A DNA stretch of 64,000 bases from a virus (Duplodnaviria > Caudoviricetes). Made by a program: the position numbers and the translations under genes. This document shows positions 8,253 through 16,607 of this stretch, in pieces. Position 1 is the first letter of the stretch. Each line of letters starts with the position of its first letter. Where the stretch lies: positions 64,001-128,000 of IMG/VR virus record IMGVR_UViG_3300025707_000003; one strand, given 5' to 3'. Under the pieces are notes generated by a model that was not told where the DNA came from, searched no databases, and was given only the letters and a program-made list of their open reading frames with translations.

Positions 8253-9317
8253 ATGAGTGATTTCTTATCCGAAGAATTGTTTGCAGAGGAATTATCTGCC
8301 GAAGAGTTATTAGCTGGTCGAGCTAGACGAAAGACCAAGTATAAAATCAAACGCAGAAGGCGTATGAAAACTAGAACTAAGTCTTTACGCAAGAGAAACA
8401 CTAATGTGTCTCAAAAGCGTCAAAACAGAAAGAAGTATAAAAAGCGTATGAAGACGGACTCTAACTACAGGAAAAATCGTAAAGACTATCGTAAGCAGTA
8501 CTACAAGAAGAACAAGAGGGGTTCTATCGGGTATAGTTTGCCCTTTGGATTAGAATTCTTATATCAAGGAATACCTGCTTATCTTATGTCTCTTTCTGAG
8601 ATGTTTGATGCGGTCAATATCTATGTTGAAGGTGAAACTGCAATCTTAGTTGACCTCAATCATTTCTTAGATAACACTGAATGGTATGAAGAAGATGATG
8701 CTAACCTTTTCATCGATTTGATAGAGGAATCTTATGCTGTTTTAGAGGAAGATCCAGAGGATGCTTGGTCTGAGTATACCCTTGATGAGCGAGATCCCCC
8801 TGCCAAGTCTAATATAGATAAGAAATCTTCGAGGGCTACTGATATTTGTGATCGGACAGATAACCTTGCACTTCTTCAGATGCTCCTAGCTGTTCTTCGT
8901 GGTGCTCATTTTGCTCATTGGACTAGTCACTGGCAGGTTAAAGGCTCAAACTTCTATGGTGATCATGAAATGATGGATAACATTTACAGTACCCTCATTG
9001 AAGAAATCGACACCCTTGCAGAGAAGATTGTTGGTACATACGGTGGGGAAGCCGTTAATATGGTCGAACAGTCCCAACTAATGGCTAATCAGCTTTTACC
9101 TCTAGCCGAAGCACATAGCATGAATAACCCTATTCGTAGAGCCTTGCTGATTGAGGAGGGTTTACAGGTCATCTTTAGGAACACTTATGATATGCTCAAG
9201 GAACAAGGCGGTCTTACTTTAGGTATGGACGATTTTATTATGTCTATGGCTAACACACACGAGACTAACCTTTACCTTTTAAGACAGAGATGCGATACTC
9301 GACCAAAGATTAATTGA
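8253..9317 (+). CDS. K/R-rich N-terminus fused to Dps/ferritin-like domain
   Basis: HWTSHWQVKGSNFYGDHEMMDNIYSTLIEEIDTLAEKI matches the Dps ferroxidase helix pattern. Confidence 0.7.
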   Translation: MSDFLSEELFAEELSAEELLAGRARRKTKYKIKRRRRMKTRTKSLRKRNTNVSQKRQNRKKYKKRMKTDSNYRKNRKDYRKQYYKKNKRGSIGYSLPFGLEFLYQGIPAYLMSLSEMFDAVNIYVEGETAILVDLNHFLDNTEWYEEDDANLFIDLIEESYAVLEEDPEDAWSEYTLDERDPPAKSNIDKKSSRATDICDRTDNLALLQMLLAVLRGAHFAHWTSHWQVKGSNFYGDHEMMDNIYSTLIEEIDTLAEKIVGTYGGEAVNMVEQSQLMANQLLPLAEAHSMNNPIRRALLIEEGLQVIFRNTYDMLKEQGGLTLGMDDFIMSMANTHETNLYLLRQRCDTRPKIN

Positions 9318-9478
9318 TATTATTCATCAGATATTATCGACACTTGGGTGAATCTAAAAAATAAATAAGAAAAGTTGGGCGACTTCTTGTGTATATCGTA
9401 TAAGAGTATGTGAGCAACAGAGCCAATCACTTAGGATGACTCGCTAAAGCTCTTAACCATTTATACAGGAGATCACAC

Positions 9479-10198
9479 ATGAGTGGATTTTCAGATTTCA
9501 GTCTCGGTTCTCAGTCCCCAATCCTTTCAGGTGGCAAAGTACGATGGAAGCCTCAAAAGGGTAAATTTCGTGTCACTTTTGCCGCTCTTCCAGGTCTTGA
9601 GGAAGAGGATGTTAAGTTTGAGGATAGCAACGGAGATCCTACTAACCCTTCTTTTAAAGGTGGTCGTAGACTTTACGCAAAAGATGTTGGGTACTTCTTG
9701 GATCATGGGCCAGAGTATCAAAAAATCGCAGGCAACCCTTCAAAGACTTCGATTGCTACTACTTTAATCTTTTGGCCTACAGATGCTAACGGTTCATTAG
9801 ATAAGGCTCGTTTCTCCAATGGTGAGTTTGAGATCAAAACTTGGATCTTCTCACTCGACAAGTATCGTCAACTTGAGTCAATCAACACTGAGTTCCCTTT
9901 GAGTCAACATGACATTTCAATCACTGTGACTGACCCTCAGTTCCATAAGATGACCTTTGCACCCTGTAAAGAGTCTTTGTTCAAGACCTTACATGATAAG
10001 GGATCTGATATGTTCAAGACTTGTATGGAGGCTGTAAAGCCTATCCACGCAAACATCCAGAATGATATCGCTCAAGACCTCACCATTGATCAGATTCGTG
10101 AGAAGATGAGTGGCTCAGTCGGTTCTCCTACAGGCAAGAGTGGTGGTGGATTCAATTCTAGCTTTGACGCAGATGAGATTCTTGACGGTATGCTCTAA
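9479..10198 (+). CDS. Single-stranded DNA-binding protein (putative)
   Basis: Aromatic beta-rich core, Gly/Ser linker and acidic tail FDADEILDGML typical of phage SSBs. Confidence 0.45.
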   Translation: MSGFSDFSLGSQSPILSGGKVRWKPQKGKFRVTFAALPGLEEEDVKFEDSNGDPTNPSFKGGRRLYAKDVGYFLDHGPEYQKIAGNPSKTSIATTLIFWPTDANGSLDKARFSNGEFEIKTWIFSLDKYRQLESINTEFPLSQHDISITVTDPQFHKMTFAPCKESLFKTLHDKGSDMFKTCMEAVKPIHANIQNDIAQDLTIDQIREKMSGSVGSPTGKSGGGFNSSFDADEILDGML

Positions 10199-10200
10199 AG
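10165..10200 (+). repeat. 36-nt direct repeat, copy 1 (3' end of SSB-like gene)
   Basis: tgacgcagatgagattcttgacggtatgctctaaag, identical at 11187-11222. Confidence 0.95.
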
Positions 10201-10266
10201 TCCTTGACTTTTTGACTTCGGTCATGGTTGAATATGCTCAATAGCCTTTGATTCATCTAAAGGCTC

Positions 10267-10314
10267 AATGCCCCTTAGACCCCTCATCGCCACAGAGGGT
10301 GTTTAAGGGGCATT
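10267..10314 (+). terminator. Long hairpin, terminator or processing site
   Basis: aatgccccttaga...tttaaggggcatt outer stem plus ccctc/gaggg inner stem, followed by a T-run. Confidence 0.5.
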
Positions 10315-10322
10315 ACTTTTTG

Positions 10323-10334
10323 TAGTCCTTTTAT
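10323..10334 (+). promoter_or_regulatory. Class I variant TAGTCCTTTTAT
   Basis: Upstream of HAD gene, partial cassette module. Confidence 0.6.
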
Positions 10335-10382
10335 AGCCTCTCCTTTGGTGATCTCATTAACCCGAACCAATGGAGAAAAACC

Positions 10383-11147
10383 ATGAGAGCAGTACACATC
10401 TACGATTTTGACGGGACTTTATTTAGAACTCCACAAAGACCAAACTGGTATGACAATAACTTGGATGGGGTTTGGCATCAAAACCCATTGAGTTTTGCAG
10501 AACCTTGTCTACCTAAAGGTGAGCGTTGGGTTAAGTCTATTGTTTCAGAAGCTAAGAGAAGCATCGCCTCAAAGGATGTTTACACCATCGTCCTTACAGG
10601 GCGTAAGACACCTTTTCAAAGAGTAGTTGAGGATCTTTTAAGATCAAAAGGATTAAAGTTTGATGAGGTCATCTTGAAAGACAGAGGAGATACTGAGTCT
10701 TTTAAAAACAGAGTAATAGATCGCCTTATGGCACTGTTTCCTGATGCAGAGATCCACATCTGGGAAGATAGACATAATCATTTAAAAGTATTCATGGATC
10801 ACATCGAGATGAGAGGTGGCGTTGGAATCCCTCACGCAGTACCGCAAAACTACTCGGTGGCTGAATGTTCTGAAGAGGAGTTTAGGGATATGAGAAGATC
10901 AGCATCAGAAACTATTAGAAATCTTGAGCATCGCATTGCTCGACTTGAGGGGTCTAGGACAGCTTCAAGCGATGTTCGTAGAGCTGGCAAGAAAGTTATT
11001 GAAGCAATAGACAAGCTACAGGAAGAGCTTGAGAAGATGCCTTCCTTCAACAGTGATGAGTCTTACTATGAGGATTTAAGAGAGCGTTTTGAGGCACTTC
11101 ACCTTAGCGTCCATAAAGAGGTTCAGTTCATCACAGGTGCTTACTAA
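10383..11147 (+). CDS. HAD-superfamily phosphatase (Swiss-Army-Knife RNA-repair-like HAD) with C-terminal leader-tagged module
   Basis: IYDFDGTLFRTP, VLTGRK, IWEDR motifs; internal MRRSASETIRNLEHRIARLE at ATG 10890 with its own RBS. Confidence 0.8.
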   Translation: MRAVHIYDFDGTLFRTPQRPNWYDNNLDGVWHQNPLSFAEPCLPKGERWVKSIVSEAKRSIASKDVYTIVLTGRKTPFQRVVEDLLRSKGLKFDEVILKDRGDTESFKNRVIDRLMALFPDAEIHIWEDRHNHLKVFMDHIEMRGGVGIPHAVPQNYSVAECSEEEFRDMRRSASETIRNLEHRIARLEGSRTASSDVRRAGKKVIEAIDKLQEELEKMPSFNSDESYYEDLRERFEALHLSVHKEVQFITGAY

Positions 11148-11186
11148 GACTTAATCGTCTGAGACTCGAACACAGAGTTATACTGC

Positions 11187-11222
11187 TGACGCAGATGAGA
11201 TTCTTGACGGTATGCTCTAAAG
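11187..11222 (+). repeat. 36-nt direct repeat, copy 2 (non-coding)
   Basis: Exact copy of 10165-10200. Confidence 0.95.
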
Positions 11223-11247
11223 AAAAAGTGGGAGTGAAGGGTTACCT

Positions 11248-11910
11248 TCACTTTGAGGGTAAGATAACAGCGTATTTGCCACCCCATTGTGAAGAAGGTG
11301 GGATGTTAGGATCACCAGGAAAAGCTGTCAATAGGGAATAAGATTTACCCGCTTTGACATCTGAAAGGATAGCCTTTACACTCTTAGCATCATCGGGTAA
11401 AAACTTAGAGTTACTTGGTCGAATGACGAGGCTGATCTGATTGGTAGCGAAATCCCTTAGAGAAGCTGTAGTCTGAACAGCAGGTACAGTGATTTTCTTA
11501 CCCCTCTCTTCTTTTTGGACTGTTGTCTGAGTCGCACCAGGCAGTCTCATCGCTTCCTCAATCGGGAGGACAAGGTTATACCCTACATTGGAAGCCTTCA
11601 TGGTGTAGAGGCCACCTTGACCCTTAACAGGAGCTTTCTGAATGAGTTTGATAAGAGTACGCTCATCAATGCCTCTCGCAAAGACTGAACCTGTACCAAT
11701 GTCATTGTGTGCGGTAATGTGTTTAACAGCCCACTGAGATAAAAGAACATGACCTGCCCGTACTGGGATCTTCCATGTTCCTTTTTGAAGTTGACGAGGT
11801 TTGTCTCCTGTACCTGCTGACTTTAGATGTGCAAGTTTACGCTCAATGCCATTGATCCTTAGATCGAAGCTAACGATCTCTGCAAGTACCGATTGGATTT
11901 CTTTGTTCAT
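11248..11910 (-). CDS. Hypothetical late protein with degenerate leader
   Basis: N-terminus ...LRINGIERKLAHLKSA; class I motif at 11950-11961. Confidence 0.7.
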   Translation of the reverse strand: MNKEIQSVLAEIVSFDLRINGIERKLAHLKSAGTGDKPRQLQKGTWKIPVRAGHVLLSQWAVKHITAHNDIGTGSVFARGIDERTLIKLIQKAPVKGQGGLYTMKASNVGYNLVLPIEEAMRLPGATQTTVQKEERGKKITVPAVQTTASLRDFATNQISLVIRPSNSKFLPDDAKSVKAILSDVKAGKSYSLLTAFPGDPNIPPSSQWGGKYAVILPSK

Positions 11911-11949
11911 GTCTGTTCTCCATATTTAAGGTTTTGTATGAAGGACAGT

Positions 11950-11961
11950 ATAAAGAAACTA
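11950..11961 (-). promoter_or_regulatory. Class I variant TAGTTTCTTTAT
   Basis: Upstream of 11910. Confidence 0.65.
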
Positions 11962-12585
11962 TTAAAGTCTTGACTTTTTAATCGCTTCTTTGAGCTTCTT
12001 TTCGTCATACACTTTGATGTTACTCTCACTTTGAAAAAGGTTGTGAGCTGATTTAACTTGAGATTGATTGAGCTTCATATTACCAGTAACCGTAATATCA
12101 TGTGTGTCTTTATCTTCAAGCCTAGTTGTAAATCCTGTGACCGAGGGCATGAGTAGCTTAATCAGTTTGGGGTCAATGTACTTGAGGGCTATATCCCAAA
12201 CCATTTCAAGTTCGACCTCGTTGGAGATGTTAATGGGGGAGTTACCATAAGAGGTAGGCATCTTTTGCCTATAGAGACTAATACCAGATTGAGTCCGAAG
12301 ATCCATATCAAAGAAAGGTACAGGTTTACCTGGTGGTGGAGGTGCATTTTCAAATGAAATCTTAATGTGTGCATGAATGATTTTATCCCCAAATGTCACC
12401 TTTGGCAGTACCGTACCCCAACCATGAAACACGACCAAGATTTCTCCTTGTTCAACAAGGCGGGCGATGAACTCTTGCTCAATGTCAGACATCGGAATGT
12501 AAAGGGAGTTTTCATTACCACCTCCAAATGTGTTCTTCCCTTTTTTCCGATTGGGGTCGTTTTTAATACCATTGATGTTGGTCAT
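11962..12585 (-). CDS. Hypothetical protein
   Basis: ORF in track; start reassigned to MTNING with aggag RBS. Confidence 0.65.
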   Translation of the reverse strand: MTNINGIKNDPNRKKGKNTFGGGNENSLYIPMSDIEQEFIARLVEQGEILVVFHGWGTVLPKVTFGDKIIHAHIKISFENAPPPPGKPVPFFDMDLRTQSGISLYRQKMPTSYGNSPINISNEVELEMVWDIALKYIDPKLIKLLMPSVTGFTTRLEDKDTHDITVTGNMKLNQSQVKSAHNLFQSESNIKVYDEKKLKEAIKKSRL

Positions 12586-12612
12586 TGCTAGCAATCTCCT
12601 CATTTTAGGGTT

Positions 12613-14040
12613 TCAACCCTCTACTATACCACTCTCAAAAATGTGTTCTAGCATATCTACAATTGTTTCTATGCTCTCTAGTGTTCTCCCCGATGCAGTG
12701 AGCCTACGCATACTTGCTGTTCGAGTCGCCTCTCGAACAAACATCAGAGGGTCGAAGTGGAGCTTGGTCTTACCTGTGGTAATACTTTCTTTGAGCGTGT
12801 TTTGCATGGACGCAGTACTTAAGAATCTTAGCAAAACTTCTGGGTTGATATAAGATTTCTTAGTTGTACTGCCACTATCATGGCTTAATGCCACCTGTGC
12901 TCTTTCATGTGCTTTATTGATTGTGTCTGATACAATTTCAACAACCCGTTGGGTCAAGTCTTCAGTTTCTAGTTCTGCGACTTCTTTAATCTTTTCAAGC
13001 ATCGAGTCTCTTTCTTCTTGGAGTCCATCAAACACCTCTTGGGTCGCTCTTAACTTCCTAAAGTCAGTGATCTTAAAACCTTTGAAATTCTCTTTAAAGT
13101 ATTTCGCAAGATGTCTATAAGTGAACTTCTCTCCCTCACTAGTAACGAAGATATACTCAGAGCCAGATTCTAAGGCGTTGTCTACATAGTCCTTTAAAAC
13201 TTTGATGATAGATGAGTTGGATATGGAAGCTGTATTTACCGTTCCCATTTTCCCTCTGAAGACCAACTCGACAAAATTGTTTCGGACAAAGTTGACATGG
13301 GTGGCGTTCAAAGTGATTGCACCGAATGTTTCAACCTGCACTTCTTGTTCCTCCACAGTTTCTACAATCCCATTCCCTATTTGTCCTGGTCTTATTCCTG
13401 TTTCCATGATGATTGAAGTAATGATTGCAGATAACTTGGTTAGTTCATCTTTTGACTTGAGGTCTTTTTTAATCTTTTTTACGATGGTGTTGTACTTTTT
13501 GATGAGCTTCTTTTGAGACTTGATCTTCTCGGCTAAAGTATAAGTCTTGTTGCCGAACATATCGTTAATCGTCTTGATGTATCCCTCATCATCTACATCA
13601 ATCGTGATTGTGTCGGGCAGGTACGCCCTTAACTCCACAGGAATGGCAGATTTAAGAGGGGTTTGTTTTTTGTGGAGTTCTATCGCCTTAAAAGACCTAA
13701 CACTGTTTTTTTTGAATGTCTCGCTTACCTCTTTAAGAGGCTTTTGCCCAGCTAGGTAGTCTCGTATGAGGTACATCGTTGCATTTCTCCACGAATATGC
13801 TTTATCGCTTACCTCATCTGACCCCACAAACTTATTCATGAACCCTAAGACTTGAGACAAGTTTTTAATCGACTTAACTATATGTCTTTTCCTCTTACCT
13901 ATAACTGCTTTTCCCCTACCTTTGTGTTCAGATTTAGCTTGCACCCCATAGCTTTTAAGGTCTTTCAACAGGACTTTAAAGGCAGTAAGGGATTTGCGTT
14001 GAAACGCAGAGATTTTTTTTTCCTCTTGTGGTGTCGGCAT
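12613..14040 (-). CDS. DNA topoisomerase IB
   Basis: ETGIRPG, FGAITL, FRGKMG, DFRKLRA, LSH...TKKSYINP reproduce the type IB R-K-R-H-Y catalytic pattern; start at ATG 14040 after aaggag. Confidence 0.85.
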   Translation of the reverse strand: MPTPQEEKKISAFQRKSLTAFKVLLKDLKSYGVQAKSEHKGRGKAVIGKRKRHIVKSIKNLSQVLGFMNKFVGSDEVSDKAYSWRNATMYLIRDYLAGQKPLKEVSETFKKNSVRSFKAIELHKKQTPLKSAIPVELRAYLPDTITIDVDDEGYIKTINDMFGNKTYTLAEKIKSQKKLIKKYNTIVKKIKKDLKSKDELTKLSAIITSIIMETGIRPGQIGNGIVETVEEQEVQVETFGAITLNATHVNFVRNNFVELVFRGKMGTVNTASISNSSIIKVLKDYVDNALESGSEYIFVTSEGEKFTYRHLAKYFKENFKGFKITDFRKLRATQEVFDGLQEERDSMLEKIKEVAELETEDLTQRVVEIVSDTINKAHERAQVALSHDSGSTTKKSYINPEVLLRFLSTASMQNTLKESITTGKTKLHFDPLMFVREATRTASMRRLTASGRTLESIETIVDMLEHIFESGIVEG

Positions 14041-14072
14041 TTTAATTCTCCTTTTCTTTAGTGGTATCATAA

Positions 14073-14375
14073 ATGAAATACCATAAAAGAACTATAAGGA
14101 GGTATTCATTGAACCCTTTGCTGAGATACAGAATAGACATATCCAAGATAGATCACATCAACGCACAGATTGAAGCATACCAAAGGATGCTCGACTGGTA
14201 TGAAGGCTGGAAAGATAGAAATGACCCCTATGAATACATAGAGGAGCGTATTGAGGATCTTAACGGACAACTCGCTGAGTATCTTATTGCTCGTGAGTTC
14301 GCCATAGAAGGTGTTAGAACTTATGACGAGAAAGATGGGGGATCATATAAAGATGGGAAACAGGAGAAAAAATGA
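14073..14375 (+). CDS. Hypothetical protein
   Basis: ORF track; ATGA overlap with next gene. Confidence 0.5.
   Translation: MKYHKRTIRRYSLNPLLRYRIDISKIDHINAQIEAYQRMLDWYEGWKDRNDPYEYIEERIEDLNGQLAEYLIAREFAIEGVRTYDEKDGGSYKDGKQEKK
14083..14094 (-). promoter_or_regulatory. Class I variant TAGTTCTTTTAT
   Basis: Upstream of topoisomerase IB. Confidence 0.6.
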
Positions 14376-14581
14376 GTATCGACCAAATTATTGAAGCATA
14401 TACCTACGCCCGTGTCACAGGTTCTGCTAAACCTTTAGATCATCTTGATCTCCAAGCCGAGAGATATGTTAAAACAGCTTCCCCACACATAAAGAATAGG
14501 ATTGATTTCTTGTTCGCAAAGAGTGAGTACGAGGCAAAGTTGAGGTGCATCAGAAATGAAAACACTAACCGAGAAAGTTGA
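14372..14581 (+). CDS. Hypothetical protein
   Basis: RBS caggag. Confidence 0.55.
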   Translation: MSIDQIIEAYTYARVTGSAKPLDHLDLQAERYVKTASPHIKNRIDFLFAKSEYEAKLRCIRNENTNRES

Positions 14582-14864
14582 TGGTCGAAGAGAATGGTCT
14601 TCCTACGGCATTAAGGAACTTCAAAAAGTAATCTCACATAATGATGACAGTATGAAAGCCATCATACTAGCTAATGCCCTTAGTGAATGTAGTATTAAGA
14701 GCGTTGGACATAGATCCTTTAAAATAGGATCTAAAATGATCCTGTCTATCACCAAAGAGGGTGTTGTAGTGATCAAAGGACTACAAGGGAAGATTGAAGA
14801 AATAAAAGACCCTAGAACTCTTTTTGATCGTATTCGGGTCCTGTGGGGAAATCGCTACCCTTGA
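14556..14864 (+). CDS. Hypothetical protein
   Basis: RBS gaggtg. Confidence 0.55.
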   Translation: MKTLTEKVDGRREWSSYGIKELQKVISHNDDSMKAIILANALSECSIKSVGHRSFKIGSKMILSITKEGVVVIKGLQGKIEEIKDPRTLFDRIRVLWGNRYP

Positions 14865-15199
14865 TTTCTTTCTGACCATCTCTTTCTGATCTTATCCCAC
14901 AAGTAGATCAAGTCTCCAATATGACATTGATCCAAACCAATAACGACCAAACCACTATGTTCTACGGGAGTTATAAACTTAATGTAGCAACTCCAGTTCT
15001 CTATTTCTAAAGCCCAACCATTGAGTTGATCTTGGTTTATTGTTTCACTGAAACCTGCTTCTTTTAATGAATCGCTTAACAAAGATCTGATCGTGTAATG
15101 AACATAATCGAGGGGTCTATCATTGTGACAACAATCCAAAATCTTACCTATTGAATCTTTTGTCCATACCCTCTCTCCTTCTCGCATTTCAGTTCTCAT
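14855..15199 (-). CDS. Hypothetical protein, paralog of 15189-15539
   Basis: Shared W...SL.(A/E).GF...GW.L...W..Y...DL..LW pattern. Confidence 0.6.
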   Translation of the reverse strand: MRTEMREGERVWTKDSIGKILDCCHNDRPLDYVHYTIRSLLSDSLKEAGFSETINQDQLNGWALEIENWSCYIKFITPVEHSGLVVIGLDQCHIGDLIYLWDKIRKRWSERNQG

Positions 15200-15539
15200 A
15201 AAAGCTCTCCCTTAAAATGCCCCATAGAGGGAGAAGATCCCTTAAAGGACGCAACACCCCATTAATTGCGAATGTTATCTCATCATTATTTGTAATACCA
15301 TAGCCCAAATTAACATAAGCGACCCAACCTCCAGTGTTCAGAGACCAGCCACAATCCGAACTTCCTAACATATAGTTCTTTTCAAACCCTACTGCACAAA
15401 GACTTTCTTCTAAGACCCCTTTCAAGTCGATAAACTTTGCTCGACTATCCTCTTTTTCAAGTCTCTTTTGGATTAGGCTAATACCTTCCTCACTCCAACC
15501 CCTCTTACCATCCTTTATCCTAGATAATGAACTACTCAT
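15189..15539 (-). CDS. Hypothetical protein, paralog of 14855-15199
   Basis: Same shared pattern; RBS aagggg. Confidence 0.6.
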   Translation of the reverse strand: MSSSLSRIKDGKRGWSEEGISLIQKRLEKEDSRAKFIDLKGVLEESLCAVGFEKNYMLGSSDCGWSLNTGGWVAYVNLGYGITNNDEITFAINGVLRPLRDLLPLWGILRESFYEN

Positions 15540-15608
15540 AAAAGTCCCCCTTAAAATAGGGTCTCAGTCTTGTTAGGTAACAAGGGTGTTGAGGGATTGG
15601 TGATGCAT

Positions 15609-15779
15609 TTATAGTTGGACATCGGGATACCTCTTGATCTTCTCCCTAGACTCAAGCCAAGCCCTCTTGAGCAACCAAGACACCGTTCGGTCTTGACGCT
15701 TGGCTTCAGACTCAAGCTCCTCTGCTATCTGATCTGGTAAGTAGATTGATCTTTTGTTTTTTGATTTGTTAGTAGCCAT
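15609..15779 (-). CDS. Ribbon-helix-helix small protein resembling the Myxococcales MXAN_4361/TIGR04563 family
   Basis: Hand-translated: MATNKSKNKRSIYLPDQIAEELESEAKRQDRTVSWLLKRAWLESREKIKRYPDVQL. Confidence 0.65.
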   Translation of the reverse strand: MATNKSKNKRSIYLPDQIAEELESEAKRQDRTVSWLLKRAWLESREKIKRYPDVQL

Positions 15780-15927
15780 AGTAAAAAAGTCCTATTCGTA
15801 TTCCTAAGACATAAGAAGCAATACACGCATAAGTGAAGTACCTCGCTCTTGGGGTTGAATGAAACAACCCAACACCAAAAGAGAGGAGAAGCAAAATGAT
15901 GAGTGATAAATAGTAGGGTTCAGCCAT
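15769..15927 (-). CDS. Small two-TM membrane protein
   Basis: Hand-translated 52 aa, MAEPYYLSLIILLLLSFGVG...IGLFYYGY. Confidence 0.45.
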   Translation of the reverse strand: MAEPYYLSLIILLLLSFGVGLFHSTPRARYFTYACIASYVLGIRIGLFYYGY

Positions 15928-16087
15928 AGTAAGTTTTCAGACCTATCGACAAAGCCAACATATAAACCATGCAAAGCACGAACATTAGCTCAAACTTGTC
16001 TGTTTTATAGACCCTATAAAAGCATACCACCATGCCGACTAGATATGCTAAGACCCATGCACTGGGGATGGTGGTGATTTGACTCAT
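15920..16087 (-). CDS. Small two-TM membrane protein
   Basis: Hand-translated 55 aa, MSQITTIPSAWVLAYLVGMVV...IGLKTYYG; ATGA overlap with upstream gene. Confidence 0.45.
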   Translation of the reverse strand: MSQITTIPSAWVLAYLVGMVVCFYRVYKTDKFELMFVLCMVYMLALSIGLKTYYG

Positions 16088-16476
16088 TTTTCTTCACCCT
16101 CTTCTTTGTACCCTGCATGATAAACATACCCACCCCCGACCACTTTCATGTAGCTGTCGTCATCGCAGTGAGTCATACAAAATAAAACGATCTCAGATCG
16201 CTTTAGAATGTGTTTCTCGTTATCGTCTACCCACTGCCATGTGGCGATGTCAGCGTCCTCGTGAGCGACATCCTCAACCTCATAGAGAGGCATGGGGAAG
16301 CTCTGCGAGGGATTGAAGAACATCCCCATCACAGAGGGCAAAGACTTCCACCACTCGATGATGGAATCTGTGGTCATCTCATCTGGGATAACACCGATCC
16401 AATGTCGGTATCCATACTCCTCTTGGACAAAGAGGATTCGGGGATCAGTTTGTGTTGGGGTGGTTTGGTCTGTCAT
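16084..16476 (-). CDS. Hypothetical protein
   Basis: ORF behind class II motif 16521-16536. Confidence 0.7.
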   Translation of the reverse strand: MTDQTTPTQTDPRILFVQEEYGYRHWIGVIPDEMTTDSIIEWWKSLPSVMGMFFNPSQSFPMPLYEVEDVAHEDADIATWQWVDDNEKHILKRSEIVLFCMTHCDDDSYMKVVGGGYVYHAGYKEEGEEK

Positions 16477-16520
16477 GTTGTCTCTTTTCGAGTCGGTTGG
16501 GGGGTTGAATACATAAGGTT

Positions 16521-16536
16521 ATAGATAAGGGGTTAC
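16521..16536 (-). promoter_or_regulatory. Class II motif GTAACCCCTTATCTAT
   Basis: Upstream of 16476. Confidence 0.65.
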
Positions 16537-16552
16537 ACACCTTGAAGTTTAA

Positions 16553-16564
16553 TAGTTTGTTTAT
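16553..16564 (+). promoter_or_regulatory. Class I variant TAGTTTGTTTAT
   Basis: Upstream of the head operon. Confidence 0.7.
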
Positions 16565-16607
16565 ATTTTCCTCACTGTAGTTAGTGCATTAAAAAAAAGG
16601 TGTAGTT

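Noticed and set aside
11148-11186. tRNA T-arm-like remnant (minus strand gtgttcgagtctc)
   Set aside because: Too short, with no other arms; may be chance
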